Assembly (NCBI RefSeq): GCF_006345805.1
Contig: NC_043003.1
Location: 33,728,001 to 33,792,000, forward strand
Origin: Octopus sinensis
Taxonomy: Eukaryota
Direction of reading: 5' to 3'
DNA: 64,000 nt
Shown: positions 13,065-26,230 of the stretch, piece after piece
Position numbering within the stretch: position 1 is the first letter of the stretch
Layout of the letters: every line of letters starts with the position of its first letter
Program-made: the position numbers and the translations under genes
The notes under the pieces: model-generated
Seen by the model: the letters and a program-made list of their open reading frames with translations, nothing else
The model's database searches: none
Told to the model about the DNA's origin: nothing

Positions 13065-13308
13065 CATCATAATCATCATCATCATCAGCAGCAGCAGCAT
13101 CATCGCTGTCGTCTTCGTCCAAGGCATCGTTGCCATCGTCATCACCATCATCGAAGACATCTTCATAATGAGCGTTATGATTCTAAATCGTAGCCACGTC
13201 AACACCGCCATCAACACCATCATGAACGTCATCATCTTGCTCATCGTCAGTGATATTTTGGCTGTGCGGAAACATTCTCAACGCTGTTACAGTTATATTT
13301 CAACGAAC

Positions 13309-13363
<55 letters not shown>

Positions 13364-13385
13364 TAATAATAATAATAATAAAATG
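12630..13385. repeat. large compound trinucleotide array (CAT/AAT/AAC/AAG/CGT/CAG)
   Basis: Directly visible; source of the poly-N/K/I/H ORFs. Confidence 0.95.
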
Positions 13386-13703
13386 AACTACACTGGCAGA
13401 ACTATCATCTATGCCACCACGATTATAGCTGTAACGACTCATATCATTCACCACCTCCCTCTGTGCGACCAACACGTCACGATAGCAACAAAAAATATAA
13501 AATAATAAAATAAAAGGAAAAAGTAACACCACAAACAACAGCCATCAAAAATATTCAGTCCATTATGAATCATTATACATCATGAAAATGCATTTTTTTC
13601 CCTTCTCCCCAGCCACGTTTCCAAATATGATTTAGGGTAAAAATCAACAATTTTGAGGATTTTAAGCTAGCAATTATCCCTGCTACTCTATCATTTGCTA
13701 TAT

Positions 13704-13759
<56 letters not shown>

Positions 13760-14169
13760 CATACGTACCCCATCTGTATATATACACACACACCTATGTA
13801 TATATATATATATATATATATATAGGTGTGTGTGTATATATACATATTATATATTGATACAGAATGATAAACATATGCGTAGATTTATGTGAGTGAGCGT
13901 GTATGTATGCATGTAAGAGGATAGATATACAAAGAGATGAGAAAATTTTCAATACATGTAGTAAAGATTTAGAGATCAAAGTTGAGGCTTACTCGGTCAA
14001 CTCTCATAATTTTTATTTTAGATTTACATCAGTTGGGTAAATATGTTGATATATATGTGTGTTTCTGTGCATGTATGTGTGTATGCCTGGTTTATGCTAA
14101 GTTGTCCATCAAAACAATTTAACATTAAACTGAAGGATTACTCAATACGTTGTACTAGAGTATATGTTT

Positions 14170-14460
14170 ATTAAACATTTAGAAGAAAAAAACAGATGGG
14201 AATGACTTCGAAGTTTCGATTTTCTACGCTTCATCAGGCTGTTCTCTACTTAGGTTCGTTTTGGCTTTATATAACGAATGATAAACTGTTTTACTGGGAT
14301 AGGTGGAACTATGTGAAACGATAATTAGTGTTGATGCACTTCGATATGAGTAGTAGACGTTTAGAAAAGTCGATAGAAGAGTATAAGTGGTAAGTTTGAC
14401 AGTAGGGTATGGGTTTGGTTTGATGAGAGAATTGTGCTATTGTTTACATTTGAAGAAAAC
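14170..14460 (-). mobile_element. Penelope-like element 3' end (pLTR) with a degenerate hammerhead core
   Basis: Minus strand reads CTGATGA...GAAAC-TTCGAA-GTC (14237-14204), downstream of a weak GIY-YIG C-terminal-like peptide (DFSKRLLL..). Confidence 0.5.
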
Positions 14461-15250
14461 CTGAAAGTGACAAGGCTCATATGTGTGTCCGTTTCAGTAG
14501 TGTCTGATGAAGGTCACGAAATTCTTTGTATAGAAAGCTAATTTTTGTCGTTTTATCGTCCATAAATGATGAGCATATACACACACACACACACATATAT
14601 ATATATTATATACATACACACATATATATATATATGAACTATCCAAGAAATGGATGCCTGGCATTCAATTAAATAATGATAGAAATAATATATATGTAAG
14701 CATATATGGGTACAGAACGTCACCATCTGCAAACAACATGAAGTACGAAAACAATCGAGTTAAATAGGCAAACAACGAGAGAGAAAATGGAAAACATGAC
14801 AAGTAACACAAAGAATAGACTTTTCATCATTTGTCAACTGTCTATCTACTCCTCATTTCAAGCATTCTTCGACAATATGAGACTTCAAAGACAGTTACTC
14901 TACGACAATATGAGTCTTCGAAGACGGTTACTTTGAAGACAGATTTATGGAGTGTCAAAGTTGGGGACAAAAACCGAACGCTGGGAGACATATTTTCTTT
15001 GAAATGAGAAAAGATAGAAGAGAGAAACAGAAGACGTCCTGTCCCTTGGGCGACATGCAGGAAAAGGATATTCACGTGATGAAAAGAAAGATGGATGATG
15101 GTCACGTGTGAACAACTAGAGAAAAACGAAGAGAAAGAGGAGAAAGGCAGATAATAAATGGTGAAGGGGAGTAAAAGGGAATTGGAGGAGGATGAGGAGA
15201 AAACAGTATAGAGTCGCATCAATAAGGTTAAGATAAACTTACTTGGAAAT

Positions 15251-15367
<117 letters not shown>

Positions 15368-15510
15368 TTTCTCCAATGTCTACGAATAAGGAAAAAATAA
15401 ATAAATAGTTAGCAGAGAAGAAAAATTCACATAAGTGCCAAATTCATTACAGCCCACTTATAAATGTAGAAACTCCAGGGTTGAGTGAAATGTTTTTGTA
15501 AATTTATCCA

Positions 15511-15546
<36 letters not shown>

Positions 15547-16489
15547 TGTGAATGTGAGAGCGACCACCACTGCTTTGATGATTGTCTATGCATTTGTTGC
15601 CTCTTTCCGCCACCTATTTCTACTTACTCAAACTCTGCATATTTTGATGCTAACAAGAATTGATGTCATATAACCTCTCAAGCTCATCCAATCACCAAAT
15701 CCTGACATTTCCGTAATTTGCTACGTTACTTAGGCTAAACACAGTAAACTAGATCCGACTACTTGATATCTTTCTTAGTGAACTATCCGCATAAGTCTTC
15801 AGCATAGTTTTCGATCTTCAATCTCTACGTTACTACAACTTTTTTAAACAGAAACATAGCTCTTCAAATAATACTCTCAGAGCCCTACTGTTCTTCCCAT
15901 ACAAAAAATAAAAATGTGGACACTCTCTTAACCAAAGCTACTCAACCCAATTTCATCCTGCTAAAAATATAACACATCCCAGTAACGCGTAAACCACCCA
16001 TTCCAAAAAGCAGGAAAAACCTTTCCATAATTGTTCGTTTTCTATACGTATTAGAGAAACAGAATTCTCGCAATACGAATTTAGAAATGAAAAAGGACAT
16101 AACGTTTTATCACAATTTATATATCAATATTAGTACAGCAAAGAGTATTGTATAAAACTTCGATGTTTACGTACGTGTTTTGGAAACTGTTGGTAGTATG
16201 ATCGATTAAAAATATACTCTGTTTGCTTATGGAAAGAATTTATAACCTGCATATAGACGATAATGGATATAAAAGATTAATATAAGTTACCTTAGCGAAA
16301 TGATGTTTTACAGTAATTACATGACTTAAAACTTTGCAAGCATAGTACCAGTGTTTCTTTCGTATTAATCTACTGGCTGAAGACCGAATAAATATGACAA
16401 ATAGAATCTCGAGCAATAATATGATAACTATGTACAATTAAAGAAAGGGGGTTTGAAAATAATATCTATATACTTAGATTTATGCATAA

Positions 16490-16780
16490 TCTTTATATAT
16501 AAAAGAGAAGTTGTGTGTCTGTCTCCTACGATTTAGATTCCTAACTACTCCCACATTTTGCGGTGCAGTGTAACCAAAAGCGGGTATCTTATAGTCGTGA
16601 TTCATATCGAGCCCTTCTGGGTATTAGCGTGCACCTACGATGAGTCTACGATTTAAAAAAAATTTACCATAATTTTTTCCCATTTTAATGCATTTTTTTG
16701 CTATTATATAAGGGAAGTAACTCTCTAAAAATGCTTATATATTTATTTCCCTTACAAACCCGAGCAACGCCGGGCGATAG
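16490..16780 (+). mobile_element. non-autonomous Helitron-like element
   Basis: 5' TC start (TCTTTATATATAAAAG) and 3' subterminal GC hairpin CCCG-AGCAACGC-CGGG (16759-16774), followed by a degraded end (..GATAG|T rather than CTAG|T). Confidence 0.65.
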
Positions 16781-17596
16781 TACATAATATAACTTCTCAG
16801 ATAACCTTTGCCTTTCTAGTATTTAAACACTTAAAATTTTGTGCATAATGTTTCAGAGTAGTGATTCCCTACACAGCATATTGAAAACAACTCTGCCAAC
16901 AGAATTTAGTTGACTGAATTCTGATAAATTTCCTGTACTGAATTCTGATAGATGAAATTCTGGTAAATTCCCTAAATTGATTTGAAGCAGAAACTGAAGT
17001 TGGACCCTTCAGAAAGGTTTATCTCTCTGCAGGAATTGGGTGTACAAGTTAATTTTGCGATGTCGATTTTATTTCCAATTTTTTACTGTCCTCTTTTTAG
17101 AAGATGAATTGTAGACATAAAGCAATTATCAGCGAGCGGAATTTTCTGACCGCACATGTAACTGAAAATCTGCTGGTTCTGCAATTTCAGAAGTGAAGTT
17201 GGTGATTAAGAATTGTCTAACTAGACATAAGTTGGCTTAATATAATATCTATTTATAGTTTAACACATGGACGTAAATATAGATCTGTATACACACAAAC
17301 ACATACACACACACACAGAGACATACGTATGCACGTCAATATGTATATTTACGTATATACACCTGTATATGTGTATACGCATTCACAGAATGCCTAAGGT
17401 TTAAAAAGTTGCCTTCGCTACAACGGGTTACGGGTTCGATGTACCTGCATACGGAAAATATCGCTCCTAATAGCTTCAGTTCTACCTTTTAAAATTGAGT
17501 AGACAGTAGCTACATACCTGCCGGTTAGATGAATTCATAATAATTAGAGAATAGCTACTTATATATCTTTCTCCCACTATCCATCCATATGTGTGC

Positions 17597-17644
<48 letters not shown>

Positions 17645-18730
17645 GTGTGTGTGTGTGAATGTATGTGTAAGCCCACATTCTCACTCAGATATATTCATGC
17701 ATTCTGTATAGCTGTGTTCACGTACTTGTGCACTGTGTGCATTTAATAGCTAAGTACTTAATGAAACATTAAACGCATGAAGACGAGCAGACGCAAACAA
17801 GCAAAAACACAAATTTCCAAAAAAGGAAACGCATACATACGTATACACACATACACACGCGCACACACACAAACATGCACGCATATAGTTACATGTGCGC
17901 ACCGAATAGACCTCGAAAAATATTTCCTATTTTTCTACGCATGTGTTTCTCTATACTATATAGCACTACATCTCTACTTGCATTATGTCTATTCAATTTA
18001 TGTATATATAGCGTCATTAAAAAGTATGTATGCAAATCAATTATTCGTGCGTTTCTCTACTCTACATTTTCTACTGAGTGCTGTCATCAGTGATCAACGG
18101 TAAAACTTGAATTTTACCTTAAAGCTACATTTAGCCATTCCACTGATGACTGCTTTTAATATGAATCTCAGGATACGGTGTCTACAAAACTGCCAACCTG
18201 ACTGTTATATATTTATATAGAAGTACGTATATGCATACATTTATATATCTATACGATCCTAAGCGTACATCCATATATCATGACTATTTAAATATCCGTT
18301 CTTTATTATGTGATATGGAGTGTAAGCATATGCTACCAGCCTTAATTGCCACGCATCTCTATCAATATTCAACCAGATATATGTATGTATATGTGAGTGT
18401 TAATATTTCTATGTTTCTTTTTATGTATGTATGTTTGAGTATATGTATGAATGCATGTGTACAATTAAAGTTTTGAAAGTATGTGCATTCACATACTTGC
18501 TTATTTAAGAATTCGACGTCATATTCTAATGGAAAATAATCCCAGCATTGGCGTAACACATATTTATTTGTTAGTTCTTATGCCCTTGCCATCAGATTTT
18601 TAAAAAAAATCTCTTGCTGATATTTACTTGTGTTCAACATTCACGTATACGAAAGATTATCATATTTATACACATACATACATAATTATAAACATACATA
18701 CATATATACAAATATGCATACGTATATTTG

Positions 18731-20098
18731 GCGAACCGCTAAAACATTTTATCGATCTAGTTTGTCGAACAGATAGGTCATTTAATCGATATCGTTTGAT
18801 GATGCGCTAAGTCATTTTATCGATCACGGTTGACGAAAACCTAAGCTATTTTTGCGTCATTTTTGGCGAAACGCTATGTCATTTAATCAATCAAGTTTGG
18901 CGAACCGCTACGTTATTTTATCGATATCGTTTGTCGAACCACTAAGTCATTTTATCGATCTTGTTTGTCGAACCGCTAAGTCGTTTCATCGATCACGTTT
19001 CGCGAACCGCTAAGTCATTACCGATAACGTTTGTCGAACCGCTAGCTCATTTTATCGATCACATCTAGCGAACCGCTACGTCATTTTATAGATCTCGTTT
19101 GGCGAATCGCTAGTTCATTTTATCGGTTCACCGTTTTGCGAACCGCTAGGTCACTTTATCGATCTCATTTGTCGAACCGATAAGTCATTTTATCGATAAC
19201 GGTTGGTGAACCGCTAGTTCATTTAAGCGATCTCGTTTGGTGACCCGCTAGGTCCTTTTTTATCGTTCTTGTTTGTCGAACCGCTACGTCATTTTATCGA
19301 TCATCTTTGGTGAACTGCTAAGTCATTTTATCGATCACTTTTATCAATACGCTAGCTCATTTTATTGATCTGATTGGCGAACCGCTGAGTCATTTTAACG
19401 ATCTTGTTTGGCGAACCGCTAAGTCATTTTATCGATCGATCTTTTGGCGAACCGCTAAGTCATTTTATCGATCTCGTTTGGCGAACCGCTAAGTCATTTT
19501 ATCGATCACGGTTGGTGAACCGCTAGGTCATTTTGTCTTTCTCGTAGGTCGAACCGCTAAGTCATTTTATCGATCTCCTTTGGCGAACTGCTGAGTCATT
19601 TTATCGATCACGTTTATCAATACGGTAGGTCATTTTATCGATCTCGTTTGGCGAACCGCTAGGTCATTTTATCGATCATGGTTGGAGAACTACTACGTCA
19701 TTTTATCGATCTCGTATGGCGAACCGCTAATTCATTTTATCGATGTCGTTTGGTAAACCGTTATGTCATTTTTGATCTCGTTTGGCGAACTTCTAAGTTA
19801 TTTTACCGAACTCGTTTGGCGAACGTCTGAGTCATTTTATCGATCTCGTTTGGTGAACCGCTTGATCAATTAAGCGATCTCGTTTGGAAGACCGCTAAGT
19901 CATTTTGTCGATTGTTCATTTGTTCCTTCTCGTTTGTCGAACCTATAAGTCATTTTATCGATCTTATTTGGCGAACCACTATGTCATTTTATCGATCTCG
20001 TTTGGCTATCGGCTAAGTCGATCATGTTTGTTGCAACGCTCAGTCATTTTTAGATCATATTTGGCGAACTGCTAAGATCTCGTTTTTCGAACTCCTAA
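18731..20098 (+). repeat. 34-bp minisatellite, ~40 copies, consensus GCGAACCGCTAAGTCATTTTATCGATCTCGTTTG
   Basis: Units are directly visible, e.g. exact tandem copies at 19447-19514. There are no unique spacers. Confidence 0.97.
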
Positions 20099-20099
20099 A

Positions 20100-21050
20100 T
20101 CCGATTCTCGCTGGGCCCGTTATCTGTTGGTGATGTATTATTTGTATCTTCTACTTTCCTTTTTTTCTTTTCCGTTAAGCACCCTTTTGCTCTTATTGCT
20201 CTTGCCTGGTCGGCTAACCGTTGATCACTTGTTTGGAAGAGTCCTATCTGATTCCATTTTGCTTTCATTCATTGTCGGAATCCCCTTCTGTTGTGTTCAC
20301 TCCTGATCCCGTAGCTTCCTTATCCCACCTTCCTACCTCTGGCTTTGTTTACAAGCAGTCTCTGGATGATGACCAGCCTGCGTTGCTCAACCACAGGGTA
20401 CCTGCCGGGCGAAAGGCTTTCACCTTTGGTTCCAGCCTCATTAACAACATTATTTTGATACATTTGTATGAGATTTTTTCACTCAATATTGAGGTATGTT
20501 TTAAATTTATCCACAAACCGGAATTTTTATCGAGACACCATCTCTAGTAAAATTGTCAACCAAGACTGTAGAGGTTTTACTACACATAAGTTGTGCCTCA
20601 TCCCTCCGTATTTCTGTGTGTTGGGGTCTATGATCTAGATTCTCACTAGGTGAGCGCCAGTAGGTCCCGTATCTTCATCCATATATTGTTCCGATGTTAA
20701 GTCCCGATTCGCGGCTCATTCACTTTTGTCTCAGGCATGGAGCCGTTGGACACGGACATGTTGTCATCACTGTGACTAAGGAGTCCTATCTACCCTAGTT
20801 TTAAATCAGTGTGATCCTTCTCCTTGACAGACTGCCAACCAAGGCTAACGAGTTCTGGATACCTGTTTTCAGAATGGCAAATTGATTTTTCTGAGTTCCT
20901 CTGCTCTTTGCCGGGTTTTGCTTTTATTCCTACAAGGTGTCGAAAATCCACCCTCCTCACCAATCAAGCTTAGTGGAGTTGCAAGTTTAGTCGTCGACGA
21001 CTCAGCGGTTTCACAGCACCACTTGTTAATCATTCTGGGTAATTATTAAT
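20100..21050 (-). mobile_element. R4/Dong-clade non-LTR retrotransposon, degraded 5' fragment
   Basis: Minus frame at about 20290-20168 reads RRGFRQ*MKAKWNQIGLFQTSDQRLADQARAIRAKGCLTE. This matches the N-terminal 'GYRKRM..W...EQRLADQARAIR.NGWL' motif recalled from R4-like RLE elements. Confidence 0.7.
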
Positions 21051-21319
21051 CTGGGTAATTATTTACTTGCTCACTATTATGATTTCATTACTACTACTAT
21101 AGTGCCTATTTTATTATTTATTTGTTCCCTACTATAGGTTCACAATTATTACTGCACATATACTATTAGAAGAAGGCCGAGGGGTCCTAATATTGTTTCC
21201 CCTGATTACTTTAGCCAAGTAATTGCAGATTTACGGATGTTGCTTTAGGTACTTTTAAATAGAGAATCCGATTTGTTGCGTCTACTAATACAGACTGTTT
21301 GATTGGACTGCTACTTGAC

Positions 21320-21815
21320 ATGATTGACAGTGATTTGGGGGGCGTGTGGGTAAGGATTTTTGAGAGTAGCGTCGACAAGTGGGAACTAGCATAACTAAGA
21401 TTTTAAAATTTATAAACATCATCTCAAAGTTTAAAATAAACTATAGTAAGGAAAACTACATCGTATAGAAATCTAGATTTTATGTATAGAAATTTAGATT
21501 TTTTTAGGAGGACCTAGCATAGCTAAGATATAGAAATTCCTGATATTCTTGATAGTAGCGTCGACAAGTTGGAATTATCATTGCTAAGATATAGAAACTT
21601 ATAAACAACATCTCAAAGTATAAAAAAACTATAGTATAACACACCACATCTTATTTAACAATAAAGGAATCTTATAGAAAATCACATCGTAGTTAAAGTA
21701 TAAAAAAATCTATAAACATCTCAAAGTTTTAGCAAACGTAGAAAATAATAGAAAAGGCTTACACATTTTGGGGGAGAGTTGTTAAATGACTATCCTTTTG
21801 TGTGACTGCCTACAG

Positions 21816-21872
<57 letters not shown>

Positions 21873-23550
21873 GGAATACTTTTCACAGCAACAAAGACCA
21901 CGTACATCTCTGTCAACCAACAGCGTTATGAAAGCAAGGCTAATCCCGTCGCTCGCAAGGATACTTTCGAGGAAAGAGCCTGTGACGCTAATGAATTTAC
22001 GGAGATATTAAATGCATCGAATTACTTAGTTCATGAGACGGACGTATCTCCAAAATCTGTTACTGAAGCATGCGATGATAGAAAATAATATGCCTGTGAT
22101 TTTCTGGGGACATTTGGTTTTTCTTGTGCCATCTAAGGAGTAAGTACAGAGACACTCCATATATACATGAAGTGTAATGTCCTTAATTTGGATAAGGAGG
22201 GCATTTTCAACAAAACAGAACACGGAGCTGTCACGAACGCGATACTATGAATAACAAATACGTCAAAGTTTCTTCTTCGAAGATTACGTAGAGGAAATTC
22301 TAGATTTCCATCAAGGACATTGGTGATGAGGTTGACCCTCAGCACATGGTCACATTCCTGGGGTAAGACACTGATTCTGATGTGGTTTTCGCTGATATGT
22401 GTGACGAACATCATAACTAGAGAATTCCGCATGATCACACTATGCCATGAAGTAATCACAGAGCTGTTCCTTGCAGCGAATACTTAGAGGTTTTAATACT
22501 ACTCATTTATAACAGAAATCTTAATTACTACTCTTTCGATAGGAAATAGTATTTACGGGCTCTCTGCCCAGAAAGTTGAAAAGAAGAACAACAATAGAAG
22601 CAACCATATAAGGCAGATTTCTTTGTTAACCGAGCTGCATCAAATAAAACCGCCAAGTTTTCATTTTATGATTCAACCATAAGCACTAGAAACTGTCGCT
22701 CTTGGTAACAACTAATGGAGAAAATGAAGAGGAGAGAAACAATGAGAGAATGACCCACAGAATAATAAGAAATGGATGTGCCTAACTTTCTGTTTACAAC
22801 AGCTACCGCACATCCATTTTGGAGGATTAAGGCATGCAATGCTCTGCGAAAAGCGGTGAGAATCAGTATGAAGTATTTCCAAATAGTAATTCAGAGTTCG
22901 AGGAGAGTAATAATTTACGTGTCCAGTCAGGAGGAAACCATTTTCTATTATATGGCAGGGGAATCTGCAGTGAAGCAGAACTCGTCTCCCATCTATGGAA
23001 TTAAATTTCACAGCCATTTACAAAACCAGTAATTACTTAGCAATGACTCATGTGATGCTTCATGACTTTTGAAATTGAGAACCAAAGAAGAAAACAGATT
23101 TGATCGAACAGCACCAAAAACAAAATAACCCCCCCCCCCGCTTGTTAACGTTTAAGTCATTTTAGTCAAAGTTTCTATTTAGTCTAGTGAACACGATGCA
23201 AATTTTAAAAACAATATTTATAATTAGGACTGCAGTGTGACATTTTCAACACAGCAGAAAATAGCAAATTCACTTTTGTGCAGGCTGTGTACTCTTTCGT
23301 CAACTAATCTTCTGTTAGTATATGTATCATTATGATCGTTCAATTATTCAATGTACTAGTTTATAAATTTATAGTCTTGTCATAACATCGACTGCAGAAC
23401 ATCTTTACACGTTTCTATATCTTAGCTATGCTAGGTCATCCCCAAAATCTAGATTTCTATACACGCTGGAGTTTTGGCGAGCTTACCTGCCTGCTTCCAC
23501 TTCGTCCCCTCTCTCTCTACGCACACCCCTCTTCCAATTGATTTTCAGTG
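21320..23550. mobile_element. putative DNA-transposon relic with long subterminal inverted repeats
   Basis: 21483-21536 (TGTATAGAAAT..GACCTAGCATAGCTAAGATATAGAAA) recurs inverted at 23412-23463. The interior has stop-riddled coding-like sequence of unknown family. Confidence 0.45.
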
Positions 23551-24371
23551 TTGTAGGTAGTCGCACATTACGATGGCCATTTAACAGCTCTCTCCCAAAA
23601 TATGTAAGCCTTTTCCATTATTTTCTAGGTTTACTAAAACTTTCCAAATGTATAAATGAAGAATGTATGAAATTACTTTCAATATCTAGAGAAAGAAATT
23701 TTCTCCACAGTCTACGATGATGGAAGGTCAGCAACGATCAAAGAACTGCCTGACAGTATTTGTTCTTGCTCTATACTCCTAAGTCCAAATCCTGCCGAGG
23801 GTAGCTTTCCCTTTTATCACTTCAAGATCGATGGAACATAGTATTAGCCAAATAATAGGCTCAATGGTATGGGCCAACCTCTCCCTAAAACTTGGTCGAT
23901 ATGTGCCTAGAGTAAAATCCATTATTATTATTTGTAATAGTTGTAGATTTTCCCTTGTCTCTCATAAGAGTGATTTATTTAAACTACTAGCGATATTTTT
24001 TCATACCCTGTATATAGAAATAGTCGAAAAAAAGAATTGTTTGGGCAAAACTGCTTCAGGGTTCACCTCCAGTATTTGGATAGCACTATCGAGATATAAA
24101 AAGAAGTTGTAAAGATCTGGAATATATCGTACAAATATTAATAATAATCTGGACATTAACACAAGGTCAGTTTGAATGTTGGAAAGTTACAGCAGTTAAT
24201 TTTACTCCAGTAGATACTTGAAATAACATGTTTTCGAAAACTGGCAGCAGAAAATTTCTGATTGAAGTATTAATTCAGCGAACAATGCTGTTTAAAAGTT
24301 TTTATTGAGACTAACTTATTATAAATTTCTTTACTTATAAAAGATAGTGTTCTTGAAACAGACTCAGGATG

Positions 24372-24585
24372 TGTACAATGGCTTGTGAACTACAAAGTTG
24401 CATTGACTTGTGAAATATAACTTGAAATGGTTTATGGTGTGTAAGCTACAATGGCTTCTGAAATATAAGCTGCAACGGTTTGTGTGCTGTAAGATATAAT
24501 GCTTTGGCAACTGTAATCTAAAATGGTTTCTGAACTGCAAGTTGTGAAGCTCGTGACTGTAATTTAAGCTGCACTGACTTCTAAC
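24372..24585. repeat. degenerate 24-bp tandem repeat (~9 units)
   Basis: Units such as AAGCTACAATGGCTTCTGAAATAT (24443-24466), AAGCTGCAACGGTTTGTGTGCTGT and AATCTAAAATGGTTTCTGAACTGC. Confidence 0.75.
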
Positions 24586-25184
24586 ACTCACTTCTGCGTC
24601 TGTTCATATTTTTCATATTTATGAAACTTGTCAAGTTGGCTAGTTCGTGCAAGGAAAATGGAAGTGTGATCTTTGTAATACGAAATGATTTGTAGTACTG
24701 TGGCAGATTAAAAACTTTGTGTAACTGTTTGTCGTTGTGTTCATTGCTCTAAGGTACTTCGTCGGCAAAACTATTCTATGTCGCTGGTTGCACGACGTCC
24801 CTGGCGAGGAGTGTGTTACTCAACACGCCAGTTTCTAGAGAAGCACGATCCGCAAAATTGGAGATTATCTTTTGAAAGAGCACCGGCATTAAACATCCAG
24901 AACTGATGAAGCAGGGATCTATGTAAAAGTAAATGCCTCGAGAGAAAAAATAAGGTCTAAGAATAAATATATTCTGTTAATTCTGAAATTATTATGTATG
25001 CATACATGTATGCATGCATGTCTGTACATATGCATGTATATGCATGTTTGATAATTGACGGGAATATTAGAGTGCCATACAAAACGACGTACTTTGTTTC
25101 TTACCAGTATTTATTTTCGATTTCAAATTTTATCGATGTCAAATTTGCCTGTCATAGGTCAGCGATCAATGAAATACTGATCCA

Positions 25185-25400
25185 TGGTTCCAGATTTTGG
25201 CACAAGTCAATTTCGGGTGGGAGGGTAAGTCGATTACATCGACCCCGGTACTCTACCGGTACTTATTTAATCGACCCCGAAAGAATGAAATGGCAAAGTC
25301 CAACTCAGTGATATTTAAACTTACAAGGTATAGATGAACTACATGTCACTAAGTATTTAGTCAGGTGTGTTACCAATTCTGCCACCTCATCGCCTTCTAT
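25185..25400 (-). mobile_element. SINE family A copy
   Basis: Reverse complement of the central domain: ATCGACCCCGAAAGAATGAAATGGCAAAGTC. Confidence 0.8.
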
Positions 25401-25719
25401 TTAAGAATATCATTTCAGCCCCAATATAATTAAACAGACTTGAATAAACACACAACATAGATTACAGTCGACCTTCCCAAAATTACTGTAGTTGTATTGT
25501 TCATCACTAGAAATCGCTATGACAACAGAGTTATTTTAGTACTGTCACATGACCGGAAACTCAATTTGTATCAAACATTCCTGGTAAAATTGTAAGTTAA
25601 TTGCGTGCCCATCATCAATCATTTACGTTCCTCTAGTTTTCCTTAAAGTGGCTGTAATGTCAGAATGAAAAATATTACAAGATGTGTCAATTGTCAAAAT
25701 TGATCAGTGAACAGGCGCT

Positions 25720-25775
25720 CGCACATACACACGGATGCATACATACATACATACATACATACACGGATGCATGCA

Positions 25776-25853
<78 letters not shown>

Positions 25854-26004
25854 TATATACGTATTTATATATAATTACGTATATAAATACATATATATAT
25901 ATACATATACATACGTACATATATATATAGACATGTATACATATAAATATACACACTCATATTATGTATGCACACAAATATACATATATATAATATATAC
26001 ATAA

Positions 26005-26072
<68 letters not shown>

Positions 26073-26230
26073 CATATATATACACACATACTTATATATA
26101 TAGATACATACGTACTTATATATATAGATACATACATACATATACATACGTACGTACATATATACACATGTGTGTGTGTGTACGAAATCCACGCTCACAC
26201 TAGCTCGCACACACACACACATGTGTATGA
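25720..26230. repeat. (TACA)/(TA)/(CA) microsatellite mosaic
   Basis: Directly visible. Confidence 0.95.

Noticed and set aside
18731-20098. CRISPR-like appearance of the 34-bp array
   Set aside because: Units are contiguous with no unique spacers, there are no cas genes, and the context is eukaryotic.
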